Origin: Candidatus Sericytochromatia bacterium
GTDB taxonomy: Bacteria; Cyanobacteriota; Sericytochromatia; S15B-MN24; VGJW01
Direction: 5' to 3'
DNA length: 64,000 nucleotides
Assembly: GCA_035285865.1 (NCBI GenBank)
Contig: JAYKHS010000003.1
Coordinates: 128,001-192,000, forward strand
Positions 1 through 9,303 of this stretch are shown here, in pieces. How positions within the stretch are numbered: the stretch's first letter is position 1; the number at the start of each line of letters is the position of its first letter. The notes under the pieces are model-generated. The model saw only the letters and a program-made list of their open reading frames with translations. It searched no databases and was not told where the DNA came from. Position numbers and translations under genes: made by a program.

Positions 1-11
1 GAGGGCACGGT

Positions 12-1040
12 TCAGGGAAGCAGGGCGACCTTGCCGCAGGAACCCGAGCGCATCAGGCTCATGGCCTCGTCGAAGGCATCAAGCGGCAGACGATGGGTCA
101 CGAGTTGGGCGAGATCCACGCGCCCGCTGCCGACAAGGCCCATCGCCTGGGACCAGGTCTCGTACATGCGACGGCCGGCAATTCCGTGGACGGTGGCACC
201 CTTGAAGACGATGCCGTTGGCGATGTCGAGTTCGACGGGCTTGCTGGGCAGGCCGAGCATCGAAAAGCGCCCAGCGTAGGCCAGGGCCTCGAAGGCCTGC
301 CGTATGGCCACGGGATGCCCGGACATCTCGCAGACGACATCGGCCCCTTCTCCCCCGGTGGCACGGCGGATCGCCGCCACGGGATCCTCTTCGGTTGACA
401 GGATCGTGTGGGTAGCCCCCATGCGGCGGGCGAACTCGAGACGGTATGGGTTGATGTCCACGGCGAAGACGGCGGCAGCTCCGGCGGCGGCGGCGACAGC
501 GCAGGCCATGATGCCGATGGGGCCGCAGCCCATCACGAGCACGGTCCGTCCGGCCACCGGCCCGGACAGTACCGTGTGCACGGCGTTGCCGAACGGCTCG
601 AGCAGCGACGCCACCACGGGATCCATCGACTCGGGAATCTTGATGCCGTTGCCTGCGGGCAGGCGGACATATTCGGCATAGCTGCCGGAGGTATCCACAC
701 CCAGAATCACCGTACGCCGGCAGACGTGGGCCTGGCCCTCGCGGCACGCACGACAGGTGCCGCAGACCACGTGCGTCTCGGCCGCTACCCGGTCGCCCGG
801 CACTAGGTTGTCGACCTCGGAGCCCACGGCCACGACCTCGCCCGAGAACTCATGGCCGGCAATCAGGGGCGGACGCGTCCGCTCCTGCGCCCAAGCGTCC
901 CAGTCATAGATGTGCAGGTCGGTGCCGCAGACCGTCGTGGCCTGAACCCGGACCAGCACGTCTCGGGGACCGGGCACGGGCACGTCAACATGTTGCAGTT
1001 CGGCACCCGGTGCGGCTGCCGCCTTGACGACCGCCCTCAT
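12..1040 (-). CDS. tdh: L-threonine 3-dehydrogenase (Zn-dependent MDR family)
   Basis: Motifs CGTDLHIY, GHEFSG, structural-Zn CGTCRAC...C and GCGPIG; C-terminus SGSCGKVAL is typical of Tdh. Start set at MRAVVK (1040); the ORF extends to 1127. Confidence 0.88.
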   Translation of the reverse strand: MRAVVKAAAAPGAELQHVDVPVPGPRDVLVRVQATTVCGTDLHIYDWDAWAQERTRPPLIAGHEFSGEVVAVGSEVDNLVPGDRVAAETHVVCGTCRACREGQAHVCRRTVILGVDTSGSYAEYVRLPAGNGIKIPESMDPVVASLLEPFGNAVHTVLSGPVAGRTVLVMGCGPIGIMACAVAAAAGAAAVFAVDINPYRLEFARRMGATHTILSTEEDPVAAIRRATGGEGADVVCEMSGHPVAIRQAFEALAYAGRFSMLGLPSKPVELDIANGIVFKGATVHGIAGRRMYETWSQAMGLVGSGRVDLAQLVTHRLPLDAFDEAMSLMRSGSCGKVALLP

Positions 1041-1196
1041 CGTGCGGGGCAACGATGCAGGAAGGGCTGAAACGGACATGGGTGAAAGTGTCACAGGCAT
1101 GGAAAAGGGGTTCGAGGGCTGGGCCACGCACCATCGCGCGGCAGGAACACGGGACCTGCTTCATGGTAGCACGATCGTGCCCTGCGAAGGCTTGCG

Positions 1197-3863
1197 CTAA
1201 GGGTGCAGCGGCCCCGTACCCAGGCTCACGGACCAGGCCTGGCCACCACCCGCCCCCTCGGCCTCCCGGAAGACGGCCTCGAGGGCCTCCTGAGTATCGG
1301 CGCAACCGATGACCACCAGATCACCCTCGCGGGCCATGGCCAGCGCGAACTTGATGGACTCGGTCTCGTCGGCAATGACCGTCAGGCGCTCTTCGGGAAA
1401 ACCGGCCGCCCGCACGCCCTCGGCGATGACACCCGCGACATGGCCCGGCGCCGTCCCCCTCAGGTCCGACATGTCGCGGACCACCAACCAGTCGAAGCCG
1501 CCCGCTGCCACCTCGCCCACCTCCCGCAACTTGGCGGGCAGGCGATCACCCGGTGCGGTCACGACGCCGATGCGACGCCCCACCTCCAATTGGCGGACGG
1601 TATCGATGATCGCCCGGTAGGAATCGGGGTTGTGCGCATAGTCGACCAGCACCGTGAAGTCGCGGACGCGGACCAGGTTGAGTCGGCCCGGATTGGTCTC
1701 GAAGGTGCTGTGGAAGCTCTCGAGGCCTTGGACAACCTGCTCATGCGTCAGGCCCTGATGAATCAGGACAGCCACGGCTGCCAGCACGTTCTCGATGTTG
1801 TGGCGGGCCTTGCCGCGAAGCGTCACGGGCAAGCGCTCGACCTCGACGAGGGGCAGGCGGTGGTCACCATAGGCCACCATCACCATGCCCTTGCGCAGGG
1901 TCACGGCCACTCCGCCCTGGGCCATGTGGGCGCGCACCAGCGGCAAATCATCCTCCATCGCGAACCAGGTGACCTTGGTTCCTTCGGGAAGTTCTTCGGC
2001 CATCCGCACGCAATGGGGATCCTGGGCGTTGAGTACGCAATGCCCCCGGGTACGCCGCGCCACGAGACCCTTGATGGAGGCGAGATCCTCGAGCGTCTGC
2101 ACGCCATGCTGCCCGAGGTGGTCGTCCCGAACGTTCAGGACCACGCCGGTGTCGCACCAATCGAAAGCCAATCCGCGCTTGAAGAGCCCGCCCCGGGCCG
2201 TCTCGAGGACAGCCACCTCGACCGTCGGGTCGGACAGGACGGTGCGCGCCGACCAGTATCCGGTGCAGTCACCCCGCTGGATGCGCTGACCATCGAGGTA
2301 AATGCCCTCCGTGGTGGTGGTTCCGGTCCGCCGACCCGCATGGCGCAGGACGTGCGCGACCAGCAGGGTCGTTGTCGTCTTGCCGTTGGTGCCCGTGACG
2401 GCGATGACGGGGACTTGGGTGGGTGCGCCCTGGGGGAAAAGCATGTCGATGATGGCTGCCCCGACGTCGTGGGGCTCGCCCTCCGAAGGCGACTGGTGCA
2501 TCCGGATGCCGGGCGCGGCATTGACCTCGATGATGGCACCGCCTTGGGCGTCGAGGGGCCGCGAGATGTCGTGCGCGACAATGTCGATCCCGGCGATGTC
2601 CAGGCCGATCTTGCGGGCGGCACGGACGGCCATCAGGGCGTTGGCGGGATGGATTTCGTCTGTGAGGTCCACCGCCGTCCCCCCAGTGGAGAGGTTGGCA
2701 TTCGTCCGCAACAAGACCAGCCGGCCGGCCTCGGGCACGTCGTCGGGGCCGAGACCCTGACCGCCGAGTACCTCAAGCGCATTGGCATCAAGCTTGAGTT
2801 TCGTCAGGGGCTTCAGATGGCCTGTGCCGCGCCGCGGATCCCGGTTGGCCTCGTCGCACAGGGTCCGAATCGTGCGCTGGCCATCGCCGACGACGTGCGC
2901 CGGGTCCCTCCGAGCCACGGCCACCACGCGATCACCCACCACGAGAACCCTGTGGTCCCGGCCCTCGATGGACTGCTCGACGAGCACGCTTCGTCCGAAC
3001 TCCCTGGCCAGGCGAAAGGCTCCCTCCAGTGCCTCGGGCGTTGTCACGCCGACCGTAACACCCTTGCCCTGGTTGCCATAATGCGGCTTCACGGCAACCC
3101 GCCCGAGGCGCCGCAGCAGACGCTGGGCATCCTCCAGCCGCGTCACGGCCTCGCCACGCGGCACGGGCAGACCCGCTTCGCGGAGCAAGGCATTCGTCTG
3201 ATCCTTGTCGGAAGCAATCTCGACGGCGATGTGGCTGGTCGCGCTCGTCAGGGCCGCCTGAATGCGCTTCTGCCAGCGGCCGGTGCCCACCTGGAAAAGC
3301 GACGCCTCGTCCGTGACGCGATAGACCGGGATGCCACGGCGCCGGGCCGCATCGACGATGGCCGCCGTGCTGGGTCCGAGCGCGTGGCGCCGCGCCCAGT
3401 AGCGCAAGTCGTCGAGGTCGCGGCGAATGTCGGGCTCGGCACCGGCACACAAGCTCTCGAGGAGGCGGATGGCCACAGGGACGGCTTCGGTCACGACCCG
3501 CTCCAACAGATAGCTGGTCACGATGCGGTAGTGCCCGGCAGGCTGATCCCGCATCTCGCGCGCCTTGCCGAAGCCCACCTCGGTGCCGGCCGCACACTGC
3601 AACTCGATCAGCACGTGCTCGAGGATGTGGGCCATGTAGGTGCCTTCACGCAGACGCGCCACGAACCCCCCGCGGTAGCCGCGGGAACAGCGATGTTCGG
3701 CGAGGCCGGGCAGCAGCGCGAGCAGACGATCCGTGAAACCCGGGAAGGCAGTGGAGGGCCGATCGTGGAGTTCCTGCAGGTCCACATGAAGAAAGAGGGC
3801 CGGCCTCGGGCTGTAGAGGTTCGGCCCGCGCAGCAGGCGCTGTTCAATGACCTGGATGGGCAA
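1197..3863 (-). CDS. cphA: Cyanophycin synthetase (CphA1-like)
   Basis: 888 aa. N domain (LRGPNLYS, HRCSRG, GTYMAHILEHV), ATP-grasp domain (VKPHYGNQGKGV, ANLSTGG, EVNAAPGIRMH) and MurE-like domain (AVTGTNGKTTT, LETARGG, DYAHN). TTG start overlaps cphB. Confidence 0.93.
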   Translation of the reverse strand: MPIQVIEQRLLRGPNLYSPRPALFLHVDLQELHDRPSTAFPGFTDRLLALLPGLAEHRCSRGYRGGFVARLREGTYMAHILEHVLIELQCAAGTEVGFGKAREMRDQPAGHYRIVTSYLLERVVTEAVPVAIRLLESLCAGAEPDIRRDLDDLRYWARRHALGPSTAAIVDAARRRGIPVYRVTDEASLFQVGTGRWQKRIQAALTSATSHIAVEIASDKDQTNALLREAGLPVPRGEAVTRLEDAQRLLRRLGRVAVKPHYGNQGKGVTVGVTTPEALEGAFRLAREFGRSVLVEQSIEGRDHRVLVVGDRVVAVARRDPAHVVGDGQRTIRTLCDEANRDPRRGTGHLKPLTKLKLDANALEVLGGQGLGPDDVPEAGRLVLLRTNANLSTGGTAVDLTDEIHPANALMAVRAARKIGLDIAGIDIVAHDISRPLDAQGGAIIEVNAAPGIRMHQSPSEGEPHDVGAAIIDMLFPQGAPTQVPVIAVTGTNGKTTTTLLVAHVLRHAGRRTGTTTTEGIYLDGQRIQRGDCTGYWSARTVLSDPTVEVAVLETARGGLFKRGLAFDWCDTGVVLNVRDDHLGQHGVQTLEDLASIKGLVARRTRGHCVLNAQDPHCVRMAEELPEGTKVTWFAMEDDLPLVRAHMAQGGVAVTLRKGMVMVAYGDHRLPLVEVERLPVTLRGKARHNIENVLAAVAVLIHQGLTHEQVVQGLESFHSTFETNPGRLNLVRVRDFTVLVDYAHNPDSYRAIIDTVRQLEVGRRIGVVTAPGDRLPAKLREVGEVAAGGFDWLVVRDMSDLRGTAPGHVAGVIAEGVRAAGFPEERLTVIADETESIKFALAMAREGDLVVIGCADTQEALEAVFREAEGAGGGQAWSVSLGTGPLHP

Positions 3864-4719
3864 GGGGCTCTCCGGAGACGGACGCGAGGGCAGAGGGGGG
3901 GAGTAGTGATTCGCCGAGCAGGATCCGGGTCTCGATGTTGTAGGTCCAGCCGGCCGGGAGCATGTGCATGCGGACGTTGCCCATGGCCAGCAAAGCGCCG
4001 GGTTGGGCGCTCAGGACGTTGGACTCGGCCAGTTCGCGACCATCGAGGATGGTGACCATGCCGGAACCGATGACCTGCATGCGGTAGTCTTCTTCGACCA
4101 GCATCGCCGTGTCCTCGTCGATGCCGATGCCCAGCACGAAGGGATTCTGGGCCACGATGGAAAGCAGACGGCCCAGGCGTTGCCGCTGCAGGAAGTGCTG
4201 ATCGACGACGACGCGGCGCAGCAGGCCGAGGCCGGGCGCGAGATGCAGCATGTGCTTGCGGGGATGCAGGCCCGTCCCCCCCTCGGCGATCATGTGCTCG
4301 CTGATGGCGCTGGCCCCCGCCGAGGTGCCGGCGACGACGAGGCCTGTCTTGTTGGCCCGATGCATGGCCTTGGCCACCTCGGTACCGCCCAGCAGGGCCG
4401 AGATGCGGTTCTGGTCTCCCCCGGTCAGGAACACGGCGGTGCTGGCGTACACGGCTTGGACGAGATCCTCGCGATTGGCCTCCTCACGCGACTCGATCGG
4501 CAGACAGGTGACCTCGCCGACACCCATGGCCCGAAACAGCTCGCCGTAGACGCGCTCCTTGCCCGCGGCATCGCGCGAGGCGGTGGGAATCAGGGCGATA
4601 CGGGCGTCCGCGCCACCGGCCAAGGAGACGAATGTCCCGAGGATGGGGGCACCGGGTTCCTTGACCTCGGAGCCACCGATGACCAGCAGCGGCCCGCGCC
4701 GAGACTCGGCTTGGCTCAT
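3844..4719 (-). CDS. cphB: Cyanophycinase
   Basis: Motifs IGGSE, TGGDQ, catalytic GTSAGA, DQHF and GIDEDT. Lies directly upstream of cphA. Start set at MSQAES. Confidence 0.92.
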   Translation of the reverse strand: MSQAESRRGPLLVIGGSEVKEPGAPILGTFVSLAGGADARIALIPTASRDAAGKERVYGELFRAMGVGEVTCLPIESREEANREDLVQAVYASTAVFLTGGDQNRISALLGGTEVAKAMHRANKTGLVVAGTSAGASAISEHMIAEGGTGLHPRKHMLHLAPGLGLLRRVVVDQHFLQRQRLGRLLSIVAQNPFVLGIGIDEDTAMLVEEDYRMQVIGSGMVTILDGRELAESNVLSAQPGALLAMGNVRMHMLPAGWTYNIETRILLGESLLPPSALASVSGEPLAHPGH

Positions 4720-4725
4720 GGTGGC

Positions 4726-4734
4726 ATTGTAGCA
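4726..4734 (-). promoter_or_regulatory. Extended -10 element TGCTACAAT of cphB
   Basis: Minus strand reads TGC-TACAAT-GCCACC-ATG, with no Shine-Dalgarno sequence. Confidence 0.55.
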
Positions 4735-4760
4735 CCCGAGCGCAGGAGCGGGTCCCGGCT

Positions 4761-6248
4761 TCAGGTCCTGGCCGAACCTCGCGGACGAAGGGGCAGCGTG
4801 AACCAGAAACACGAGCCGGCCCCGGACTGGGAGCGAACCCCGATGCGACCGCGCTGACCCTCGACGAGGGCTTTGGCCACGGTGAGCCCCAGACCGACAC
4901 CGCCGTGCAGGCGGGTGAGGCCAGGATCGGCTTGATAGAAGCGCTCGAAGACGTGGGGAAGATGCTCGGGCCCGATGCCGATGCCATCATCCTCAATTTC
5001 TACCAGCAGGCGGGTCTCCTCCAGTCGAGCGCGGATCTCGACCTGCCCTCCGACCGGCGTGAACTTGAGCGCGTTGCCGACCAAGGCATGCAGGATGCGG
5101 GCGACGGCTTCACGATCTCCGTAGGCGGGCAAGGTCGCTCGGTCCGGACGCAGCACCAGCCGGATGCCATGGTCCCGCGCCCGAGCCTCGAATGCAGCGA
5201 CGATCTCCGGCAACAGACGCGCGACATCGAGGTCGTGACAATGCAATTCGAAGGACCCGTCCTGCAGGCGCGTGAAGTCGAGCAGATCGTCGACCATCTC
5301 CTGCAACTGTCGCGCCCCGGCCTGGATACCCCGGACGTACTCGGCCTGGCTGGGCGTGAGCTCGCCACCGAGGCCATCCTCGAGAAACTCGGCGTAGCCC
5401 GTGATGAGGGAGAGCGGGGTCCGGAGCTCGTGGCTGGCCGTGCTCAGGAACTGGTTCTTCAGCCGATCCAACTGGCCCTGTTCCGCCACGGCCCGAGCAC
5501 GCTCCTGCTCCTCGAGCACCCGGCGTGTCGCATCGTCCACCAGCACCAGCAGGGCAAACCCCGAGCCGCAATCCTGCTCGACGCGGGAAATGGCCAGATC
5601 CAGAAAGCGGACGGAGCCGAGGCCGACGGAAGCCACGTCGACTCCCCGCAATCGCGCAGGTACGGCCGTCCGCGCCACCCGCCCCAGAACCCTCCCCAGA
5701 CCGATACCCGGCAGGCAGCGCGACAGCAACCTGCCATGCCAGCCCTTGCCCCCCATCCGATCAAGCAGACCATTGACCCAAAGCACCTGGCCCTCGAGAT
5801 CCGTCAGCACCACGCCGGAAGGAAAGTGGGCGTAGAGCCCCTGCAGCACCCCGAGAAAGCGATCGCCCCCCGCAGGCTCTTCAGAAGGCCAAACGACCAG
5901 ATGCACGATGAGCTGATCGCCCACGGCCCGAGACAGGCTGGCGCGAAAACGAACTGCAGGCAAATCGGCGAAGCAGACCTCGAACGGCGGAACCCTCTCG
6001 CCTCGAGCATGCGCCAGCCAGCGCCCGATCCAGAGATCGCGGCTTCGGGGCGTCAGGGATTCGACGAAGGGGCGACCGACGCCCGGAACCGGCACCCCGG
6101 CCAGCACCGGTTGCCAGCCCGAACTGGCTCCCAACCAGCGTCCATGGGTATCGAGGACGACGAATCCCGGTTCATAGCCGTCGTGAGAACCGAGGGTTCG
6201 GGCGAATCGCACCGCTCCATCGGCAAGCCCGACTGCTCCCCTGAACAT
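4761..6248 (-). CDS. Cytoplasmic sensor histidine kinase with PAS-like N-terminus
   Basis: H box ASHELRTPL, N box GNALKFT, G1 DDGIGI, G2 GGVGLGL. PAS-like segment PSGVVLTDLEGQVLWVN. Confidence 0.85.
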   Translation of the reverse strand: MFRGAVGLADGAVRFARTLGSHDGYEPGFVVLDTHGRWLGASSGWQPVLAGVPVPGVGRPFVESLTPRSRDLWIGRWLAHARGERVPPFEVCFADLPAVRFRASLSRAVGDQLIVHLVVWPSEEPAGGDRFLGVLQGLYAHFPSGVVLTDLEGQVLWVNGLLDRMGGKGWHGRLLSRCLPGIGLGRVLGRVARTAVPARLRGVDVASVGLGSVRFLDLAISRVEQDCGSGFALLVLVDDATRRVLEEQERARAVAEQGQLDRLKNQFLSTASHELRTPLSLITGYAEFLEDGLGGELTPSQAEYVRGIQAGARQLQEMVDDLLDFTRLQDGSFELHCHDLDVARLLPEIVAAFEARARDHGIRLVLRPDRATLPAYGDREAVARILHALVGNALKFTPVGGQVEIRARLEETRLLVEIEDDGIGIGPEHLPHVFERFYQADPGLTRLHGGVGLGLTVAKALVEGQRGRIGVRSQSGAGSCFWFTLPLRPRGSART

Positions 6249-6373
6249 CCCGCGACAAGACCCCTGACAACATCCGTAACGCTACGAACGCAAAATCATC
6301 ATGACACACGCTTGAAATATCATCGTCTGCCATATTGAATGAGGGAGTCCGTCCCAGTTGACGGCTGGCCCGC

Positions 6374-8014
6374 CTATTGCTTGGCCAGCCAACGTCGCCG
6401 GTCCTCGGCTGTCCAGCCCAATGCCGCGGTGAACGCCGCCGCCATCAGGTCAACCACCCGCGCGTGCGCCCCGGCACCACCGTCCGGATCCAGCATCCCC
6501 AGCCTGAGGCGGCGCTCCAGGACATCCTCGGGCCTCGTGGCACCCTCGACCAGAACGGCCCAGACCACCTCGGCCTCGAGGGGCGGATCGGGCATGTCCA
6601 CGCCGGCAAGCACATCCCGGGCACCGTGGGCCTCTCCACACGCCAGTACCCGATTGGCCTCGGCACCGAAGCGCCTGAGCAGGCGGTCCGGCATTCCCGG
6701 AGGTGAGCTGGCATGGCGAAGGCCCTCCGGCCAGACCGGACCGGGCAGAACGGTCCTGGGCACCCGCCCCCTGCGCGCAAGCTCGAGCACGGCAGCATCG
6801 ACGAGTTGCCGGGCCATGATCCTGTACGTGGTCAGCTTTCCCCCAGCGATGCAGAGCACGCCAGCGGGCGTTAGGAAGACCTCATGCTCCCGGGAGACAT
6901 CCGAGGCATGCCGCTGCTCGGGCGGAGCCAACAGGGGACGCCAGCCGGCAAAGCTGCCGACGACGTCCCGGGCATCTAGCGCGACCCCCGGACAGGCCGC
7001 ATTGACCGAGTCGAGGAGGTAGGCCACCTCCTCGGGAGTGGCCTGCTGATCTTCGTCCAGATAGGCGTGTCCGGCCGATGCTGGGGGCGGATCGGTGTCG
7101 GTCGTGCCCACGAGTGAACGACCCTGGAACGGGATGACGAACATCCAGCGCCGCTTGCCTGTGGCATCGGGGACAGACTTGATCGTCAGGGCCCGACCGC
7201 CTGTGAAGTCCTGCACGAGGACGTGGGTCCCCTTGGTCGGGCGCAGGCGACGCAGGGCCCCTGCTTCCAGTTCGTTCACGGCATCGACCCACGGCCCTGC
7301 TGCGTTGACCACCAGTCCTGCCCGCACCTCGTGCATCGTTCCGGACGCGCGATCCTCGAAGCGAACACCCGAGACCCGACCCGAAGCATCCTTCAGAAGT
7401 CCGCGGACCTCGGCACGAGCAAGGACCCTCGCGCCGCGGGCCACTGCGGCACGCAAGACGGACAGGCACAAGCGCGCATCGTCCGTGATGACGTCGCCGT
7501 ACTGAATCAGCACCTCGAGCGGCCAGTCCCCGAGCGCCGGAACCTCCCGACGCGCTGCGGCCGGGGCCAGCACACGATGATGATGCTGCCAGGGCATGCC
7601 CTGCACCAAGGCCATGGCGTCGTACAAGGCAATACCGGCCCGGGTCCGCACGGCATCGAAGACGGCGCCCCTGGGCACCGGGTAATGAAAGGGCACCATC
7701 GTGGCCAGACCGTCCGGCAGGCGTGCATGCAGGCGACCGCGCTCGCCGAGCGCCTGGGCCACCATGCCGAATTGATACTGCTCGAGGTACCTGAGGCCAC
7801 CGTGCAGCAACTTCGACGACCGTGAGCTGGCACCGCTCGCGAAGTCTCCCCGCTCGAGCAGGAGCACCGAGAGCCCCCGGGCCGCGGCCTCCGCGGCGAT
7901 CCCTGCCCCGGTGATTCCCCCGCCCACCACGAGCACGTCCGGAGTCGAGGAAGCGGGTCGCCCTCTCAAGACCTCACGCGCGACGGGGTCGAGCGCCCCC
8001 CTCAGCCCACGCAT
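6374..8014 (-). CDS. glpD: FAD-dependent glycerol-3-phosphate dehydrogenase/oxidase
   Basis: Motifs GGGITG, GASSRSSKLLHGGLRYL, VNAAGPW, GTTD and GGKLTTYR. Confidence 0.85.
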   Translation of the reverse strand: MRGLRGALDPVAREVLRGRPASSTPDVLVVGGGITGAGIAAEAAARGLSVLLLERGDFASGASSRSSKLLHGGLRYLEQYQFGMVAQALGERGRLHARLPDGLATMVPFHYPVPRGAVFDAVRTRAGIALYDAMALVQGMPWQHHHRVLAPAAARREVPALGDWPLEVLIQYGDVITDDARLCLSVLRAAVARGARVLARAEVRGLLKDASGRVSGVRFEDRASGTMHEVRAGLVVNAAGPWVDAVNELEAGALRRLRPTKGTHVLVQDFTGGRALTIKSVPDATGKRRWMFVIPFQGRSLVGTTDTDPPPASAGHAYLDEDQQATPEEVAYLLDSVNAACPGVALDARDVVGSFAGWRPLLAPPEQRHASDVSREHEVFLTPAGVLCIAGGKLTTYRIMARQLVDAAVLELARRGRVPRTVLPGPVWPEGLRHASSPPGMPDRLLRRFGAEANRVLACGEAHGARDVLAGVDMPDPPLEAEVVWAVLVEGATRPEDVLERRLRLGMLDPDGGAGAHARVVDLMAAAFTAALGWTAEDRRRWLAKQ

Positions 8015-8661
8015 GTGTCCTCCCCTGCCGGGACGACGATTTCATACCCCCGGACGGCCGCGAATGCTGCAACGAGGGCATCGGCAACCTCGGCCATGCC
8101 CGGGGCCCGGCCCGACTCCTCCTCCATCGACGTCATGACCACGCCGTCGAGGCCACAAGGCACGATGGTCCGGAATCGCGGCTCCGCAAGGACATTCAGG
8201 GAGAGGCCGTGATAGGTCACCCAGCGCCGCACGGCGATGCCCACCGAGGCAATCTTGCGCGCGCCGACCCAGACACCCGTCCGGCCCTCGTCGCGTCGCC
8301 CGGAGACCCCCCAACCGACCAAAGCCCGGATGCAAGCTTCCTCCAGATCACGCATGAATCGGTGCAGATCCCGGTCAGCCCCCTCGAGCGCCACGATGGG
8401 GTACAGCACGATCTGCCCCTCGCCGTGGAAGGTGACGTCCCCCCCGCGCGGCACCGGGACGACCGGCAAACCCTCGGCATCCCGGACGTGGAGCTCCGAG
8501 CCGCGCTTGCGACCTACCGTGATGACGGGCGGATGACGCACCACCAGCACGGTATCCGCACCACCCGCGAGTCGCGCCTCCACGGCCCCATCCATGAGCG
8601 CCAGGGCCTCGTCGTAGGGACAAAGGCCCAGCGAGCGGCGATGCAGGGTGCGTCGCGACAT
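8002..8661 (-). CDS. lipB: Lipoyl(octanoyl) transferase
   Basis: Motifs HPPVITVGR, RGGDVTFHG, RKIASVG, TYHGLSLN and IVPCGL. Confidence 0.92.
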   Translation of the reverse strand: MSRRTLHRRSLGLCPYDEALALMDGAVEARLAGGADTVLVVRHPPVITVGRKRGSELHVRDAEGLPVVPVPRGGDVTFHGEGQIVLYPIVALEGADRDLHRFMRDLEEACIRALVGWGVSGRRDEGRTGVWVGARKIASVGIAVRRWVTYHGLSLNVLAEPRFRTIVPCGLDGVVMTSMEEESGRAPGMAEVADALVAAFAAVRGYEIVVPAGEDTCVG

Positions 8662-8685
8662 CACCCGCCATGATGGCAGGTCTGT

Positions 8686-9228
8686 CTAGCGATCCAGCAA
8701 CTTGCGCAGATTGGGCCACTGGTCGGCAACGATGGATCCCACGCCCGAGGCTACCGAGGTCACGACAAGCGGCAGGGCCGCCGGCGGAAACAGGACGGCC
8801 GCCAAGCCCGTCACCGCCGCCGTGACGCTCAAACCGGCCATGATCACCTGACTCTTGCGAACCTCCGGAGTGCTGCGGGGATCGGCGTTGGCCACCATGG
8901 CCTTGTGGATGTCATACGCCGCGACGGGCAGGTTGAGGACCGGAGCGGCCTTGGCCGTCACGCGTGCCACACTTGCGGTCCTTGCCGCCAGAGAACCGGC
9001 CTTGGGGGAGAAACGGGCAAAGAAGCCGAGCCCCGAGAGCGTGCCGTCTGCGGCCCCCATGGCCATGGCACCGTTTCGGACCGAACTCTCCACCACATCG
9101 GGGCGCGCCGGAACATAAGCATCGCGCGCAGGCTGCGCCTCACGCGGCTCGGAAGCGGCTTGCACACTCCGGGAACCGGCCTGCACGGCAGGAGTTGACG
9201 CCGCCTGGCGTTGCCGGACCTCGCGCAT
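8686..9228 (-). CDS. Hypothetical protein with disordered N-terminus and C-terminal hydrophobic hairpin
   Basis: 180-aa ORF that fills the gap between genes. It has a GAAGGGGG RBS-like sequence and two hydrophobic segments separated by FPP. Confidence 0.7.
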   Translation of the reverse strand: MREVRQRQAASTPAVQAGSRSVQAASEPREAQPARDAYVPARPDVVESSVRNGAMAMGAADGTLSGLGFFARFSPKAGSLAARTASVARVTAKAAPVLNLPVAAYDIHKAMVANADPRSTPEVRKSQVIMAGLSVTAAVTGLAAVLFPPAALPLVVTSVASGVGSIVADQWPNLRKLLDR

Positions 9229-9251
9229 GGTAGCCCCCTTCGTATACCTGA

Positions 9252-9278
9252 CTATCGAGTCCTCCGGCCACGCACTTG
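9252..9278 (-). promoter_or_regulatory. Candidate sigma28 (FliA)-type promoter CAAG-N15-CTCGATAG
   Basis: Spacing of 15 nt and partial match to TAAA-N15-GCCGATAA, 23 nt upstream of the 9228 start codon. Confidence 0.3.
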
Positions 9279-9303
9279 CCTGCGCGGGAGAGCGGGCGCG
9301 GTG

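Noticed and set aside
1041..1196. Riboswitch or leader peptide upstream of tdh
   Set aside because: A TGCTACCAT promoter-like element is present (1163-1171), but I could not recognise any riboswitch consensus or Thr-rich leader peptide.
1203..4055. 950-aa plus-strand ORF, and similar long antisense ORFs (4905, 10193, 23137, 30974, 38462, 42931, 44340, 46255, 59443)
   Set aside because: Shadow frames opposite well-supported genes. High GC and codon bias deplete stop codons, and they show no recognisable motifs.
6276..6285. NtcA-like GTA...TAC site
   Set aside because: The spacer is 4 nt rather than the 8 nt of GTA-N8-TAC.
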